The notes: a model not told the origin generated them from the letters alone. Numbered from the stretch's first letter, positions 31,562 to 42,245 are shown. The stretch is 64,000 bases of DNA from an uncultured Leptospiraceae bacterium (GCA_964627815.1 CAZVKE010000006.1:212705-276704), one strand, 5' to 3'. Numbers and translations: made by a program.

Positions 31562-32440
31562 CTATGACTTCTTGAAGATATTCTTTATAGACTCGATCAC
31601 ATCCGCGGGCAGTATTACAACTTTGCCGTTCGGCGACTCGCCCAGACGCACCATCCCTTTAACATATTCCTGGCCGAGAAGATAGATCAGTGGATCACCT
31701 CCGCTGGCCTTTAGAGAATCAGCCACCGATGAGATTGCCATCGCTTCTGCTTTTGCAAGCCGCTCCCGCGCCTCCGCATCCCGCTCCGCTGATTCCTTGC
31801 GGGCTTCCGCCTGCAGGATTGCCGCGCGCTTGAGTCCTTCGGCTTCGCGTTCAGCAGCTTCCTTTTTCGCTTCCGCCTCGAGAATACGCGCCCGCTTCTC
31901 GCGTTCCGCCTTCATCTGAAGCGTCATCGCGTTGACGATATCCGTCGGCGGTTCAATATCCCTGATTTCCACACGGGTGATTTTTGTTCCCCATGAATCG
32001 GTCGCCTCATCCAGCACGCGCAGAAGATCGGCATTGATCTTCTCCCGTGAGAAAAGCGACTCATCAAGGGTCAGTTTCCCCATGATGGATCGCAGTGTGG
32101 TCTGCGCAAGGTTCTGGATCGCGTATGCCAGGTTCTGGATTCCGTAATACGACTTATACGGATCCATGATCTTATAATATACGATCCCATCCACCTCGAT
32201 CGAGGCGTTGTCGCTGGTGATGGTACCCTGCTTCGGCAGATCAAGCACCGATTCACGGATATCGATACGGCAGGCGATCCGTGAAAAAAGCGGATTGATG
32301 AGATTAAGGCCCGGATTGAGCGTATCTGCGTATTTCCCGAACCGCTCGACGATCCAGTTTTCGGCCTGCGGCACTATCTTTACTCCTTTGAAAACTAGCA
32401 GTACCGCCATTATGCCGATAGCTATTACGAGATAAAACAT
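31562..32440 (-). CDS. SPFH/band-7 (stomatin-like) membrane protein
   Basis: N-terminal TM helix, an SPFH domain and a C-terminal coiled-coil rich in AEREAEA repeats. Confidence 0.85.
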   Translation of the reverse strand: MFYLVIAIGIMAVLLVFKGVKIVPQAENWIVERFGKYADTLNPGLNLINPLFSRIACRIDIRESVLDLPKQGTITSDNASIEVDGIVYYKIMDPYKSYYGIQNLAYAIQNLAQTTLRSIMGKLTLDESLFSREKINADLLRVLDEATDSWGTKITRVEIRDIEPPTDIVNAMTLQMKAEREKRARILEAEAKKEAAEREAEGLKRAAILQAEARKESAERDAEARERLAKAEAMAISSVADSLKASGGDPLIYLLGQEYVKGMVRLGESPNGKVVILPADVIESIKNIFKKS

Positions 32441-32461
32441 GGTGTCCTCCTTTTTCTTTAT

Positions 32462-32917
32462 TTATTTTAATTTTGCGACCAGAAGCCTGATGCCCCGTGA
32501 TTCTACGACGCGTATTTCCTCATTTTCATCGAGAACCTCATCGGATTCTGCCTGCCAGCTTTTAATTCCGTGGAACACGCTGTACAGCTCAACCTGTCCC
32601 GGAATTCCGGGGACTATCGCTTTCGTCACACGGCCCCGTAACTCCGTGATGGTCGGGTCCCGCACATCATCATTATTTTTTCCCTTGAAATGCTTTTTCA
32701 TGTAGAAATGCCACAACGCGAGGAACCCGAGTGATGAAAGGAAGAAAAAGCTCCACTGCAACACAGCAGAGTCTGCGGGAATGACATGGAAAAAAACCAT
32801 TACCGCGGTAAGAATAGCTCCTGCTCCAAACCAGAAAATGACAAACCCGGGGACTACGATCTCAATCCCCATTATTACAAGGCCTGTCGCAAGCCAGATC
32901 AGCGGTGAAAGTGCCAT
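32462..32917 (-). CDS. NfeD-family membrane protein (stomatin partner)
   Basis: Two TM helices plus a C-terminal OB-fold-like segment (GRVTKAI...VELYSVF). Immediately downstream of the SPFH gene. Confidence 0.7.
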   Translation of the reverse strand: MALSPLIWLATGLVIMGIEIVVPGFVIFWFGAGAILTAVMVFFHVIPADSAVLQWSFFFLSSLGFLALWHFYMKKHFKGKNNDDVRDPTITELRGRVTKAIVPGIPGQVELYSVFHGIKSWQAESDEVLDENEEIRVVESRGIRLLVAKLK

Positions 32918-32981
32918 ATACTCCTCACAGAAAAGTAGTCGCAAAACTTTCCTGCTTGTATATATGGCTTTAAAAAATTTT

Positions 32982-33923
32982 TCAATTATTTAAAAAAGCC
33001 GCAATGACTTTTTTTACGCAGTGCGCAAGCGTATCCAGATTATATCCACCCTCAAGAAAGGCGATTATCCTGTCGTTGGAATACTTTTTGGCTACCTCTT
33101 TAAGCAGTATGGTAAAAGTTTCGTACACATCGGTCGACAGCCGGATTGACGAAAGCGAGTCCGTATGATGCGCGTCAAAGCCAGCTGAAATAAGAATTAT
33201 CTCAGGCTTATAATCATTGAGAGCGGGCAGAACCTTTGATTTGAATGCGTCAAGGTACTCCGCGTCTCCGGCGCCGTGGGGCATGGGAACATTCATCGTA
33301 TAGCCCGACCCTTTCCCTGTCCCTTTTTCGCTTTTCGCGCCTGTGCCGGGGTAGTGGGGATACTGATGAAAGCTGATATAAAAGACCGAATCATCATCCT
33401 CGAACGCGTGCTGCGTTCCGTTGCCGTGATGGACGTCCCAGTCCACGATAGCGATTTTCCCTACACCGTGCTTCGCCTGCAGATAACGCGCCGCGATAGC
33501 GATATTATTGAATATACAGAACCCCGCCGCATAATTTTTTTCCGCATGGTGACCGGGGGGCCTGATCGCGCAGAATCCATTCTTCGCTTCATCCTTCATT
33601 ATCACATCGCACATATTGCAGCATCCTCCGACCGCATAAAGGGCCACTTCATATGAGCGCACTCCCACTGTCGTGTCAGGATCAAGCGCGTGCACACCGC
33701 CTTCTATCATCTTTCTTACTTCATCGATATATTCCCTGCTGTGTATCATCTCTATATATTTTAGCTCGGCCTTTCCGGGTTTGATACGGACCAGATCATT
33801 GTAAAAGGTGCTCTTTTTCAGCCGCGCATCAATCGCCAGAAGGCGCTCCGGACATTCAGGATGCCCGAAACCGGTATCATGCTCGAGGAATATTTCATCA
33901 TACAGATAGGCGGTTTTACTCAT
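32982..33923 (-). CDS. Histone deacetylase-family amidohydrolase (AcuC/Aph-like)
   Basis: HDAC motifs (GFCIFNNIAIAARYL, DWDVHHGNGTQ, ISAGFDAH). Start at MSKTAYLYDE (33923) with a GGAGTGAG RBS. Confidence 0.8.
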   Translation of the reverse strand: MSKTAYLYDEIFLEHDTGFGHPECPERLLAIDARLKKSTFYNDLVRIKPGKAELKYIEMIHSREYIDEVRKMIEGGVHALDPDTTVGVRSYEVALYAVGGCCNMCDVIMKDEAKNGFCAIRPPGHHAEKNYAAGFCIFNNIAIAARYLQAKHGVGKIAIVDWDVHHGNGTQHAFEDDDSVFYISFHQYPHYPGTGAKSEKGTGKGSGYTMNVPMPHGAGDAEYLDAFKSKVLPALNDYKPEIILISAGFDAHHTDSLSSIRLSTDVYETFTILLKEVAKKYSNDRIIAFLEGGYNLDTLAHCVKKVIAAFLNN

Positions 33924-34257
33924 AGGCTCACTCCAGGCCATATAAGGTGAGAGGCTCGCTGCGGGTGCGATCTTTTTTTTTACACGTACCCTTTTCGCAG
34001 CGTATCGGCCCTCAGCATACAGGATATAAAAGAATATGCAACTATATTTCATTAAAAGAGATTCTTTAATCAAAAAAAATGATAAGTTACAATATATATA
34101 AAAACAATAAAATTTGACTTCTTTTATGCTGACTATGTATATTCAGTATCATCCTGAAAGCCACTGTCATCGTTAATAATTATTACTTGACGGTCGGTAA
34201 CCTGTAAGGATAAAATATCGGAAAGTCTGAAATATTCTGTATGTCCAGGAGGATCGC

Positions 34258-35262
34258 ATGAAGAGGATTGCAACATTATGCGCGGTCATAGCATGTGTTG
34301 CCTTTGCCATCGGATGTAAGCCGAAGGCCGACAGCATTGTGCCGCGAGAAGGTTTGATTAATTTCGTTACCGGGGATGTAAAGCTCGTATCAGAGCAGGG
34401 CCAGGAGGCTGACGCAAAAATCGGAGACGCCATCAAGGAAGGGATGAAGATCACCACGAAAGGCCCCAAGTCTTCAGTGGATATTTTCTTCGGCGAAAAC
34501 GCCATCAAAGTGCTTGGCAATTCATCTATCGACGTCAAGAAGCTTATTCTGAACGCCACCAAGAATTCGGAACAGACGGAGCTTTTTGTCAACAACGGGG
34601 CTGTATTCTCCAAAGTTTCGAAGCTGTCCAAGTCCGACGACTACAAGGTCAAATCTCCCACGGCAACTGCCGGTGTGCGCGGTACTGACTTCATTCTCGA
34701 AGAGCGCGAAGGTAAAGCCAATGTAGCCTGTCTTGATGGCAAGGTTGAGGCCGTCAACAACACAGTTCCAAACGCCCAGCCCGTTGTACTTGACAGACGC
34801 GAGGAAGTCGACATCCAGTCAGGTCAGTCCGATATGGTGAAAAAGCAGATCAGCCAGGACAGGTTGAATATGCTCAACATCAAACTAACGATACAACAGA
34901 TGAGGGAAGATATACGTCAGCGCTATCTCCAGCAGAAGGAGGAGATGCAGAAGATTCTTGACGACCAGCGTCAGCGCAACCGCCAGATGGTCCAGGACCA
35001 GAAGGACGCCGACAGAAAACGCGTCGAGGACCAGAAAGCCCTTGATCGCGCGAACGTCGACGCGATAAAAGGAGAAGCAAAAGCCCGTCAGGACGAATCC
35101 ACCGCTGCGGCGCGAGCCGTTATGGATAAATCACGTGACACATCGGCCGCTCAGAACGTGACCTCCGGTTCCAAGAGCCAGGTTGATGCTATCAAGAGCT
35201 CAAACAAGCCCACAACCGCCAATCCTTTGCAGCAGTTCAAGCAACAGCAGCAGAAACAGTAA
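34258..35262 (+). CDS. FecR-domain lipoprotein with C-terminal coiled-coil/Q-rich tail
   Basis: Lipoprotein signal (AFAIGCKPK), FecR signature (TATAGVRGTDF) and a long charged coiled-coil C-terminus. Confidence 0.7.
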   Translation: MKRIATLCAVIACVAFAIGCKPKADSIVPREGLINFVTGDVKLVSEQGQEADAKIGDAIKEGMKITTKGPKSSVDIFFGENAIKVLGNSSIDVKKLILNATKNSEQTELFVNNGAVFSKVSKLSKSDDYKVKSPTATAGVRGTDFILEEREGKANVACLDGKVEAVNNTVPNAQPVVLDRREEVDIQSGQSDMVKKQISQDRLNMLNIKLTIQQMREDIRQRYLQQKEEMQKILDDQRQRNRQMVQDQKDADRKRVEDQKALDRANVDAIKGEAKARQDESTAAARAVMDKSRDTSAAQNVTSGSKSQVDAIKSSNKPTTANPLQQFKQQQQKQ

Positions 35263-35287
35263 AAACCTGAAATTACCAGCATACCCC

Positions 35288-35325
35288 GAAAGACCCTCAT
35301 GATTGTCATGAGGGTCTTTCTTTAT
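35288..35325 (+). terminator. Rho-independent terminator after the FecR-lipoprotein gene
   Basis: 14-bp perfect stem gaaagaccctcatg / catgagggtctttc with loop attgt, followed by TTTAT. Confidence 0.8.
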
Positions 35326-35411
35326 CAAACGGCAAAAAAAGGATTTACAACGATTGCGAACCGTGGATAATAATCTTATCCGCTATTTTTTCTTATTCAA
35401 ATCCAGGCAGA

Positions 35412-36203
35412 ATGATCATGGAACTTCAGCTTGCATTTCTCGGAACCGGTACCTGCAATGCATCCGACAGAAATCCTTCATCACTGGCGATCACCGATGG
35501 AAGCGATCTGCTCCTCCTTGATGCCGGCGGAGGGGCCTACCACCAGATCGCGAGGCTTGCGAATCCTGAATTCAATTATCGGAACATTTCCACAATTTTT
35601 CTGACCCATTTTCACATCGATCATATTTCAGGGCTTCCCGATATACTGTGGGGCGAGATGTGGGACTCGACCGGTCGCCGCAGTGAGCCGCTGACGATTG
35701 TAGGCCCGCGCGGCCTTAATAATTTCTATTCCGACAGGCTCCTGCCGTTCATGGGAGACTACCCCCTTCCCTTTGAAGTGCGCCTTGTGGAGCTTGCTGA
35801 CGGGGAATCATACACCGGTTCATTTTACAGCACCAAAGCCTACCACCTCGAACATGTAGAATACTCCTCAGGGTACCTATTTGAATTTGAGGGCCTCAAA
35901 TTCGCCTATACCGGGGATACCGGTTATTGCGAGCCGCTCGTACGGCTTCTTTCCGATTCCGATATCGCGGTCATGGAGTGGAGTATCTCCGACTATAAAT
36001 CGTTCCCGGGGCATTTATCAACCGGAGATATTATTACTTTTATTAATTTAGGAATATTTCCGGAAAAGGTATATATTAATCACATGTATCTCCCTCACGG
36101 GATTTCATTCGAAGATCAGGTTCGAAAAAACAAGGAAATATTCAAGGATATGGATGACCGTGTTTATTTTCCACGGGACCTGGATATTATACGGCTCAAA
36201 TAA
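35412..36203 (+). CDS. MBL-fold metallo-hydrolase (RNase Z/beta-lactamase-like)
   Basis: HxHxDH motif (THFHIDHISG) plus downstream His/Asp ligands. Confidence 0.75.
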   Translation: MIMELQLAFLGTGTCNASDRNPSSLAITDGSDLLLLDAGGGAYHQIARLANPEFNYRNISTIFLTHFHIDHISGLPDILWGEMWDSTGRRSEPLTIVGPRGLNNFYSDRLLPFMGDYPLPFEVRLVELADGESYTGSFYSTKAYHLEHVEYSSGYLFEFEGLKFAYTGDTGYCEPLVRLLSDSDIAVMEWSISDYKSFPGHLSTGDIITFINLGIFPEKVYINHMYLPHGISFEDQVRKNKEIFKDMDDRVYFPRDLDIIRLK

Positions 36204-36229
36204 ATTCATGATAACAAAGGGATACCAGT

Positions 36230-37084
36230 ATGAACTATTTTAAAGGGACCGACGATTATGTTCTCTCTCCCGAACTTCGCGACAGCGTCAACGTATCTAT
36301 CGCCATCGGAAGGCCGCTGCTGATTAAAGGCGAGCCCGGAACCGGAAAGACCCTTCTCGCCCACTCGATCGCCAAGGGCCTCGGCAAGAACCTCCTCATC
36401 TGGAACATCAAATCGACGACCAAAGCGCGCGAAGGCCTTTATGTGTACGACACCGTCCAGCGGCTCAACGACTCGCGATTCGGCGACAGGGATATATCCG
36501 ACATCAAGCAGTACATCAACCTCGGCAAGCTCGGCCTTTCCTTCAACGCAGAAGAACAGGCAGTGCTGCTCATCGACGAGATCGACAAGGCGGACATCGA
36601 GTTTCCCAATGACCTCCTCAATGAAATCGATGAAATGAGTTTCTATATCCCCGAAACGGCTGAAACCATCAAGGCGAAAAAGCGACCCATCGTTATCATC
36701 ACGTCCAACAGTGAAAAAGAGCTTCCCGATCCGTTCCTGCGCCGGTGCGTGTTCCACTACATCGACTTCCCCGGAGAGGAGCTCATGGAGGATATCGTCA
36801 AGGTCCACTTCCCTGAAATCGAGAAAAAGCTGATGAAGGAATGCCTGAAGAAATTCTACTGGATACGACAGTTCGACATGCTCCGCAAAAAACCGTCAAC
36901 GAGCGAGCTCATCGACTGGATACAGGCCCTTGTCATTGGCGGTGTGCCCGCCAAATCCGTTGAAAATGAAATGCCGTTCCTGGGAACGCTTCTCAAGAAA
37001 AAGGAAGACAGCGATCTCGTCGTCAACTCAGGCAAAAGTCATTACAGCTACAACACCAGCACGAGGACGAGGAATGTTTATTAA
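36230..37084 (+). CDS. MoxR-family AAA+ ATPase
   Basis: Walker A GEPGTGKT and Walker B LLIDEIDK. Length of about 284 aa and the C-terminal lid are typical of the MoxR/CbbQ/CoxD group. Confidence 0.85.
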   Translation: MNYFKGTDDYVLSPELRDSVNVSIAIGRPLLIKGEPGTGKTLLAHSIAKGLGKNLLIWNIKSTTKAREGLYVYDTVQRLNDSRFGDRDISDIKQYINLGKLGLSFNAEEQAVLLIDEIDKADIEFPNDLLNEIDEMSFYIPETAETIKAKKRPIVIITSNSEKELPDPFLRRCVFHYIDFPGEELMEDIVKVHFPEIEKKLMKECLKKFYWIRQFDMLRKKPSTSELIDWIQALVIGGVPAKSVENEMPFLGTLLKKKEDSDLVVNSGKSHYSYNTSTRTRNVY

Positions 37085-38261
37085 CTTTTTCTTCAACCTC
37101 AAGGCGGCGGGCGTTCCGGTTTCGCTGCACGAGTGGATCATGCTTCATCACGCGCTCGCGCAAAACCTGAATGACTGCAACCTCACGCGGTTTTACTACA
37201 TCGCGCGGTCTATCCTTGTCAAGAATGAGATCCATTTCGATAAATACGATATCGCCTTTCTCGATACATTCAAGGACGTCGAAACGACCGACGAGATGCT
37301 CGAAAAGATCCTTGAAGGCCTTAAGAAAGTAAAAGAGTTGAAACTCTCGGAAGAGGAAAAAAGAAAAATCGAGGAGCTCGATCTCGACCAGATACTTAAA
37401 AATTTCGAAGAGCAGCTGCGCGAGGGTCACTACAAAAATCACGTCGGCGGCAACAAGGCGATCGGCACCGGCGGACGCTCCACCCAGGGGGCGTGGGGAT
37501 ACAACCCTGCCGGGATCAGGATAGGGCAGGGTGAGTCACGCCACAAGCGCGCCGTACAGATTGCCGAGAAAAGGACCTTTCGCAACTACTCGAGCGATAT
37601 CACGCTCGATACGCGCCAGATGCGTGTCGCGCTTTCACACCTGCGTTCGCTTCTTCCCATCGCCGAACAGGAAAAGCTGAACCTCGATAAAACGATCGAT
37701 GAGACCTGCAAGAACGCGGGAGAGATAGAGCTCGTCTGGGAAAACAAGGAAAAGAAGGCATCCAAGGTAATCCTGCTCATGGACACCGGCGGGTCGATGA
37801 CCCCTTATTCCACCCTTGTCGAGCGGCTCTTCTCGGCGGCCTCATCCCAGATCAGCAGATTCAAGCATTACTATTTTCACAACTGCATTTACCAGGACCT
37901 CTGGACAGACATCGAACGCAGCCAGTCAATTGCCACATTCGATTTTCTTCGCAATGAGGACAATGATTACAAGGTTATCATTATCGGTGACGCTGAAATG
38001 GCCCCTTCAGAACTGACCTGGGTCAACGGCGCGATCGATTACTGGTATTATAACGACATCCCCGGCCAGGTATGGCTGCAGCGGATAAAAGACAAATTCA
38101 AGGACGCGATCTGGCTTAATCCTCTGCCGAAGCGCTCATGGAATTTCGTGCATACTATCCGCATCGTGAATAACATCTTTCCCATGTTCGAGCTGACTCT
38201 TGAAGGCCTTGACGATGGGGTTAAATTTCTCATGCAGGGGAAAAGCAAAATTTATAATTGA
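37074..38261 (+). CDS. VWA-domain protein (CoxE-like) partnered with MoxR ATPase
   Basis: Start at MFINFFFNLKAAGVPV (37074), overlapping the MoxR gene by 11 nt. The C-terminal VWA has a MIDAS-like DTGGSM motif. Architecture matches the CoxE/VWA partner of MoxR ATPases. Confidence 0.75.
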   Translation: MFINFFFNLKAAGVPVSLHEWIMLHHALAQNLNDCNLTRFYYIARSILVKNEIHFDKYDIAFLDTFKDVETTDEMLEKILEGLKKVKELKLSEEEKRKIEELDLDQILKNFEEQLREGHYKNHVGGNKAIGTGGRSTQGAWGYNPAGIRIGQGESRHKRAVQIAEKRTFRNYSSDITLDTRQMRVALSHLRSLLPIAEQEKLNLDKTIDETCKNAGEIELVWENKEKKASKVILLMDTGGSMTPYSTLVERLFSAASSQISRFKHYYFHNCIYQDLWTDIERSQSIATFDFLRNEDNDYKVIIIGDAEMAPSELTWVNGAIDYWYYNDIPGQVWLQRIKDKFKDAIWLNPLPKRSWNFVHTIRIVNNIFPMFELTLEGLDDGVKFLMQGKSKIYN

Positions 38262-38266
38262 TAACA

Positions 38267-38291
38267 AAGCGTCTATTAAGACGCTTTTTTT
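38267..38291 (+). terminator. Rho-independent terminator after the MoxR-VWA pair
   Basis: aagcgtct-atta-agacgctt followed by a T7 run. Confidence 0.75.
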
Positions 38292-38374
38292 ATGCCATCA
38301 GAAAATTTTTGAACAAAATGCCGAATATTTGGTTTGACAATTTTTAAAAGGAGATATAGTAACTGAATCTTGAT

Positions 38375-39322
38375 ATGGCTGGATTAAACAGAAAAGACCT
38401 TCTTGATATTCAATCCCTCACCGCCGATGAAATAAAACTCATCTGCGAATCGGCTAAATATTTTAAAGACCTTTTTACGAGGACCATCAAGACCGTTCCG
38501 GTGCTTCGCGGCAAGACGGTCTGTACGCTTTTTTACGAACCATCCACGAGGACCAGGGTCAGCTTCGAGCTTGCCGCCAAACAGCTTTCTGCGAATATTG
38601 TCAATCTCGCGGTCGCCACTTCGAGCACGGTAAAAGGAGAGTCTCTCATCGATACCGTTCATACCTTTGAGGCTATGAAAGCTGATTATATCATTATGAG
38701 ACATGCGGTGTCGATGGCACCGCATTTTTTATCCAAGAACATCAAATCATCTGTCATTAACGCCGGCGACGGCTTTCATGCGCATCCGACCCAGGCGCTT
38801 CTTGACGCGTATTCACTGCTCGAACGCCACGGAAGCCTCGAGGGAATGCATATTGGAATTGTGGGGGATATCAAGCACTCCCGCGTGGCACGCTCTGATA
38901 TCGAGGCATTCAAAAAGCTCGGCGCAAAAGTATCCCTCTGCGGCCCGCCGACACTTATCCCTGACGAGTTCAGCGTATACGATGTCGACATCTATTATGA
39001 TCTCGACGAGCTTCTTCCCAAGCTCGACGCGGTCCAGATGCTGCGGATCCAGCGTGAGCGCCAGAAAGGTTCACACTTCCCGTCCATCCGGGAATACCAC
39101 CGGCTCTACTGCTTCACTGCCGATCGCCTGAAGCGGTGCCGAAAGGACATAATCGTAATGCATCCCGGTCCCATCAACCGGGGCGTGGAAATCGATGACG
39201 CGGTTGCCGACAGCCCCAACTCAATCATCGACGAACAGGTAACCAACGGTGTAGCGGTAAGGATGGCCATATTCTATCTCCTTGCTGGCGGCGCATCTCT
39301 TGAAGGAATCGACAAGGACTGA
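38375..39322 (+). CDS. pyrB: Aspartate carbamoyltransferase catalytic subunit
   Basis: STRTR carbamoyl-phosphate binding motif and an HPxQ motif. 315 aa. Confidence 0.9.
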   Translation: MAGLNRKDLLDIQSLTADEIKLICESAKYFKDLFTRTIKTVPVLRGKTVCTLFYEPSTRTRVSFELAAKQLSANIVNLAVATSSTVKGESLIDTVHTFEAMKADYIIMRHAVSMAPHFLSKNIKSSVINAGDGFHAHPTQALLDAYSLLERHGSLEGMHIGIVGDIKHSRVARSDIEAFKKLGAKVSLCGPPTLIPDEFSVYDVDIYYDLDELLPKLDAVQMLRIQRERQKGSHFPSIREYHRLYCFTADRLKRCRKDIIVMHPGPINRGVEIDDAVADSPNSIIDEQVTNGVAVRMAIFYLLAGGASLEGIDKD

Positions 39323-39330
39323 GACTGACC

Positions 39331-40605
39331 ATGAGTGTATTTATAAAAAACGGAAGAATGATCGATCCCGCTTCCGGCACAGACGCGAAACGGGACATAC
39401 TCGTTGAAGACGGCGTCATTTCCAGGATCGGCGAATCGCTGTCGGCGCCAGCCGGGGCTCAGATTATCGATGCAGACGGTTTCCTGGTTCTGCCCGGCCT
39501 TATCGACATGCACGTTCATTTCAGGGAGCCGGGCCGCGAGGACCAGGAAACCATTATCGGCGGCAGCATAGTCGCCGCGAAAAGCGGTTTCACTTCCGTC
39601 TGCACCATGCCCAACACCAAACCGGTTATCGACAACCAGGCGCTTGTCCGTTTTATCAAGCTTGAGGCAGAAAACGGCCCGATCAACGTGTTCCCGATAG
39701 CGACTATTTCAAAGGGTGCCAAGGGCGAGGAAATATCGGAAATGGGCGAGCTGGTAAAAGGAGGCGCGGTCGCGTTCTCTGACGACGGCAAGCCGGTGAT
39801 GAACTCGCTTTTAATGAGACGCGCGCTCGAGTACGCGCGCCTGTTCGACGTGCCGATCATCTCCCATGCGGAAGACCTTCAGCTGTCAGACGACGGCATC
39901 ATGAACGAAGGGAAAAATTCAGTCCTGCTCGGGATGAAGGGAATTCCCCGGGAATCCGAGGAGATAATGATCTCGCGCGATGTTATTCTCGCGCGACTCA
40001 CGAAAGGCAGGGTCCATATCGCCCATGTGTCATCCGCGCATTCGATAGAGATCATAAAACAGGCAAAAGCGTCGGGAATAAAAGTAACCTGTGAGGCAAC
40101 CCCCCACCATTTTTCCCTGACAGACGATGCCGTCGAGGAGCACCTCTCAATGGCCAAGATGAACCCTCCCCTGAGAAACGAAGACGATCGGCGTGCGATC
40201 ATCGAAGGGCTTCGCAGCGGCGTCATTGACGTCATCGCTACGGACCACGCTCCTCACAGCCCCTTTGAAAAAATGCAGGAAATAGAATATACGCCATTCG
40301 GCATCGTGGGACTTGAAACGGCCGTTCCGCTCATCATAACCGAGCTTGTAAGAGAAAACGGTTTTTCGTTCATCGACGCGTTTGCGAAAGTCACCATCAA
40401 CCCTTCCAGAATTCTCAAGCTTGACAAAGGCGAGCTGAAAGAAGGAAAGACAGCTGACATTACCATAATCGACCCGGAAAAGAAGATCGTGGTGAGCGAT
40501 GAGTTTATCATCTCAAAATGTAAAAATACGCCATTTATCGGAATGGAGCTTTACGGTTCGGTCGAATATACAATCTGTTCCGGGAAAGTAGTCTATTCCC
40601 GATAG
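39331..40605 (+). CDS. pyrC: Dihydroorotase (multifunctional-complex type)
   Basis: Amidohydrolase metal ligands (DMHVHFREPG, ...DHAPH). Immediately downstream of pyrB. Confidence 0.9.
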   Translation: MSVFIKNGRMIDPASGTDAKRDILVEDGVISRIGESLSAPAGAQIIDADGFLVLPGLIDMHVHFREPGREDQETIIGGSIVAAKSGFTSVCTMPNTKPVIDNQALVRFIKLEAENGPINVFPIATISKGAKGEEISEMGELVKGGAVAFSDDGKPVMNSLLMRRALEYARLFDVPIISHAEDLQLSDDGIMNEGKNSVLLGMKGIPRESEEIMISRDVILARLTKGRVHIAHVSSAHSIEIIKQAKASGIKVTCEATPHHFSLTDDAVEEHLSMAKMNPPLRNEDDRRAIIEGLRSGVIDVIATDHAPHSPFEKMQEIEYTPFGIVGLETAVPLIITELVRENGFSFIDAFAKVTINPSRILKLDKGELKEGKTADITIIDPEKKIVVSDEFIISKCKNTPFIGMELYGSVEYTICSGKVVYSR

Positions 40606-40638
40606 ATCATGCCGTTCAACATCTGCCGTTCCTCTCCA

Positions 40639-42216
40639 TCAGCGTTCCTGTATCAACCTGTCGTTTAGAAACGTTCCCCTGATTGTTTTTCCGTTATATT
40701 TTAGTATACCTTCGCCGTGCCGTGTGCCGTTCTTCCATTCGCCTGCATAACTGCTTCCGTCTTTCCACAGATAGGTTCCTGCGCCTTCCCTTCGGTTCTT
40801 TCTGAATTCACCCCGGTATGTATCCCCGTTCCTCCAGACATACACACCCTTGCCGTGACGCATGTTCGATTTCCATTCCCCGTCATAGCTGTTCCCGTCG
40901 GTCCACGATATTTTTCCGTGCCCTTCCATCGCGTCATCTTTCCACTGACCGGTATATTTAATGCCGCTGTTCCAGATGTACGTGCCTTTTCCCTCACGCC
41001 GGTCGTTCTTCCAACCGCCGGTATAACGATCTCCGTTGGTCCACACTATCATCCCCTCACCATTAGCGCGGTCATCAGCCCACTGTCCCTGGTACCTGGT
41101 GCCATGCACGTAGCGGTAGGTACCGTATCCCTGTTTTTTCCTTCCGGCAAATCCACCGCTGTAACGGTCGCCGTCCGACCAGATAAAAATTCCTTTCCTT
41201 ACAGGAACTCCGCGCTGCCACTCGCCGGTATACTCTTCAATCGCGGCCGCAGCCCCTTCACGCCGGTCATAGTTCCACTGAGAAAGGAAGGTGCGCAGGT
41301 CAATGGCAGCCTCTTTTTTTTGTGTATCTGCTTTTTCAGGCGCGGCGGATACAGCCTGCTGTTCTCTGGCAGGCAGCTTCAGTGTTCCGGTTCCATGCGG
41401 AATACCGTTGGCCATATCTCCCGTGTAGGATGCGCCACCCGCGATTTTTTTTGCTGGCCTTCTCCGTTGCGCCGCTGCTGCTTTAGACATCTCTTTATCA
41501 ACAGCATCTGCTTCAAATTTTCTACCCGAAGCACCAGCCTGGGGGGATTTCTCCCTGCCGGGATCAGTAATGCCTGTCCTCCTTTTCGCAGCCGTGTCCG
41601 ATTTTGCGGTTTCGCGCTTCTTCTCGTCGTAGGCGGCAGTTCTTTTCTCCGGCGCTCCTCTTCCTATCTGATCAGATTCGCTGTCCGAAGCGCGCCTCGT
41701 TATCTCGACTGGCCGGGTTCCTTCAGTTCCCGCAGACTTCCCATCGGCGGATTCGGATACATGCTTTGCGGCCCTGTTATCCGGCATTGCGCTTTCCTCG
41801 GAAGGAACGGCCGCCTGCCGCTCACGGCCCAAGGTTGATTCCTGATCATTGTCACCCTGTACTGCAGTATCTTTTCCTGCAATACCCGTATCACCGCTCA
41901 TCCCTGAATCCGTGCGCGCTGTCAAGGTTACATCCGCTTTTTGGGTTCCCAGAACATTTGTTATTCCGCTCCTGAGGCACTGGTTATAGGTAACAAACAA
42001 TCCTAGAACGACAAGAATAATCGCCGCGCCAAGGCGGCGCTTAAACGGCTCCAGCAGCGGCACAAGTTTTGCGCACCCGCTTCCGATCGGCGGCGCAACG
42101 ACCAGGCCTGCAAAAATGAAAGGAAGCAATACTAGGTAACTTTTCTGGCACGATCCGACAGTAACGGCAAAAGCTCCAGTTGCCATCAGGAAAAAAGATA
42201 GTATCCATTCATACAT
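40639..42216 (-). CDS. MORN-repeat membrane protein
   Basis: N-terminal hydrophobic helices and a long Ala/Pro/charged low-complexity linker. There are about 8 C-terminal MORN repeats (YxGxWxxGxxxGxG, e.g. YTGGWKNDRREGKGTY). Confidence 0.75.
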   Translation of the reverse strand: MYEWILSFFLMATGAFAVTVGSCQKSYLVLLPFIFAGLVVAPPIGSGCAKLVPLLEPFKRRLGAAIILVVLGLFVTYNQCLRSGITNVLGTQKADVTLTARTDSGMSGDTGIAGKDTAVQGDNDQESTLGRERQAAVPSEESAMPDNRAAKHVSESADGKSAGTEGTRPVEITRRASDSESDQIGRGAPEKRTAAYDEKKRETAKSDTAAKRRTGITDPGREKSPQAGASGRKFEADAVDKEMSKAAAAQRRRPAKKIAGGASYTGDMANGIPHGTGTLKLPAREQQAVSAAPEKADTQKKEAAIDLRTFLSQWNYDRREGAAAAIEEYTGEWQRGVPVRKGIFIWSDGDRYSGGFAGRKKQGYGTYRYVHGTRYQGQWADDRANGEGMIVWTNGDRYTGGWKNDRREGKGTYIWNSGIKYTGQWKDDAMEGHGKISWTDGNSYDGEWKSNMRHGKGVYVWRNGDTYRGEFRKNRREGAGTYLWKDGSSYAGEWKNGTRHGEGILKYNGKTIRGTFLNDRLIQER

Positions 42217-42245
42217 TGCAAAATCCCCCGGACTGAACCGTAATT

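Noticed and set aside
40717-41838. 373-aa plus-strand ORF
   Set aside because: It lies entirely antisense to the MORN-repeat gene. It has a Pro/Ser/Arg-rich shadow-ORF composition with no motifs.
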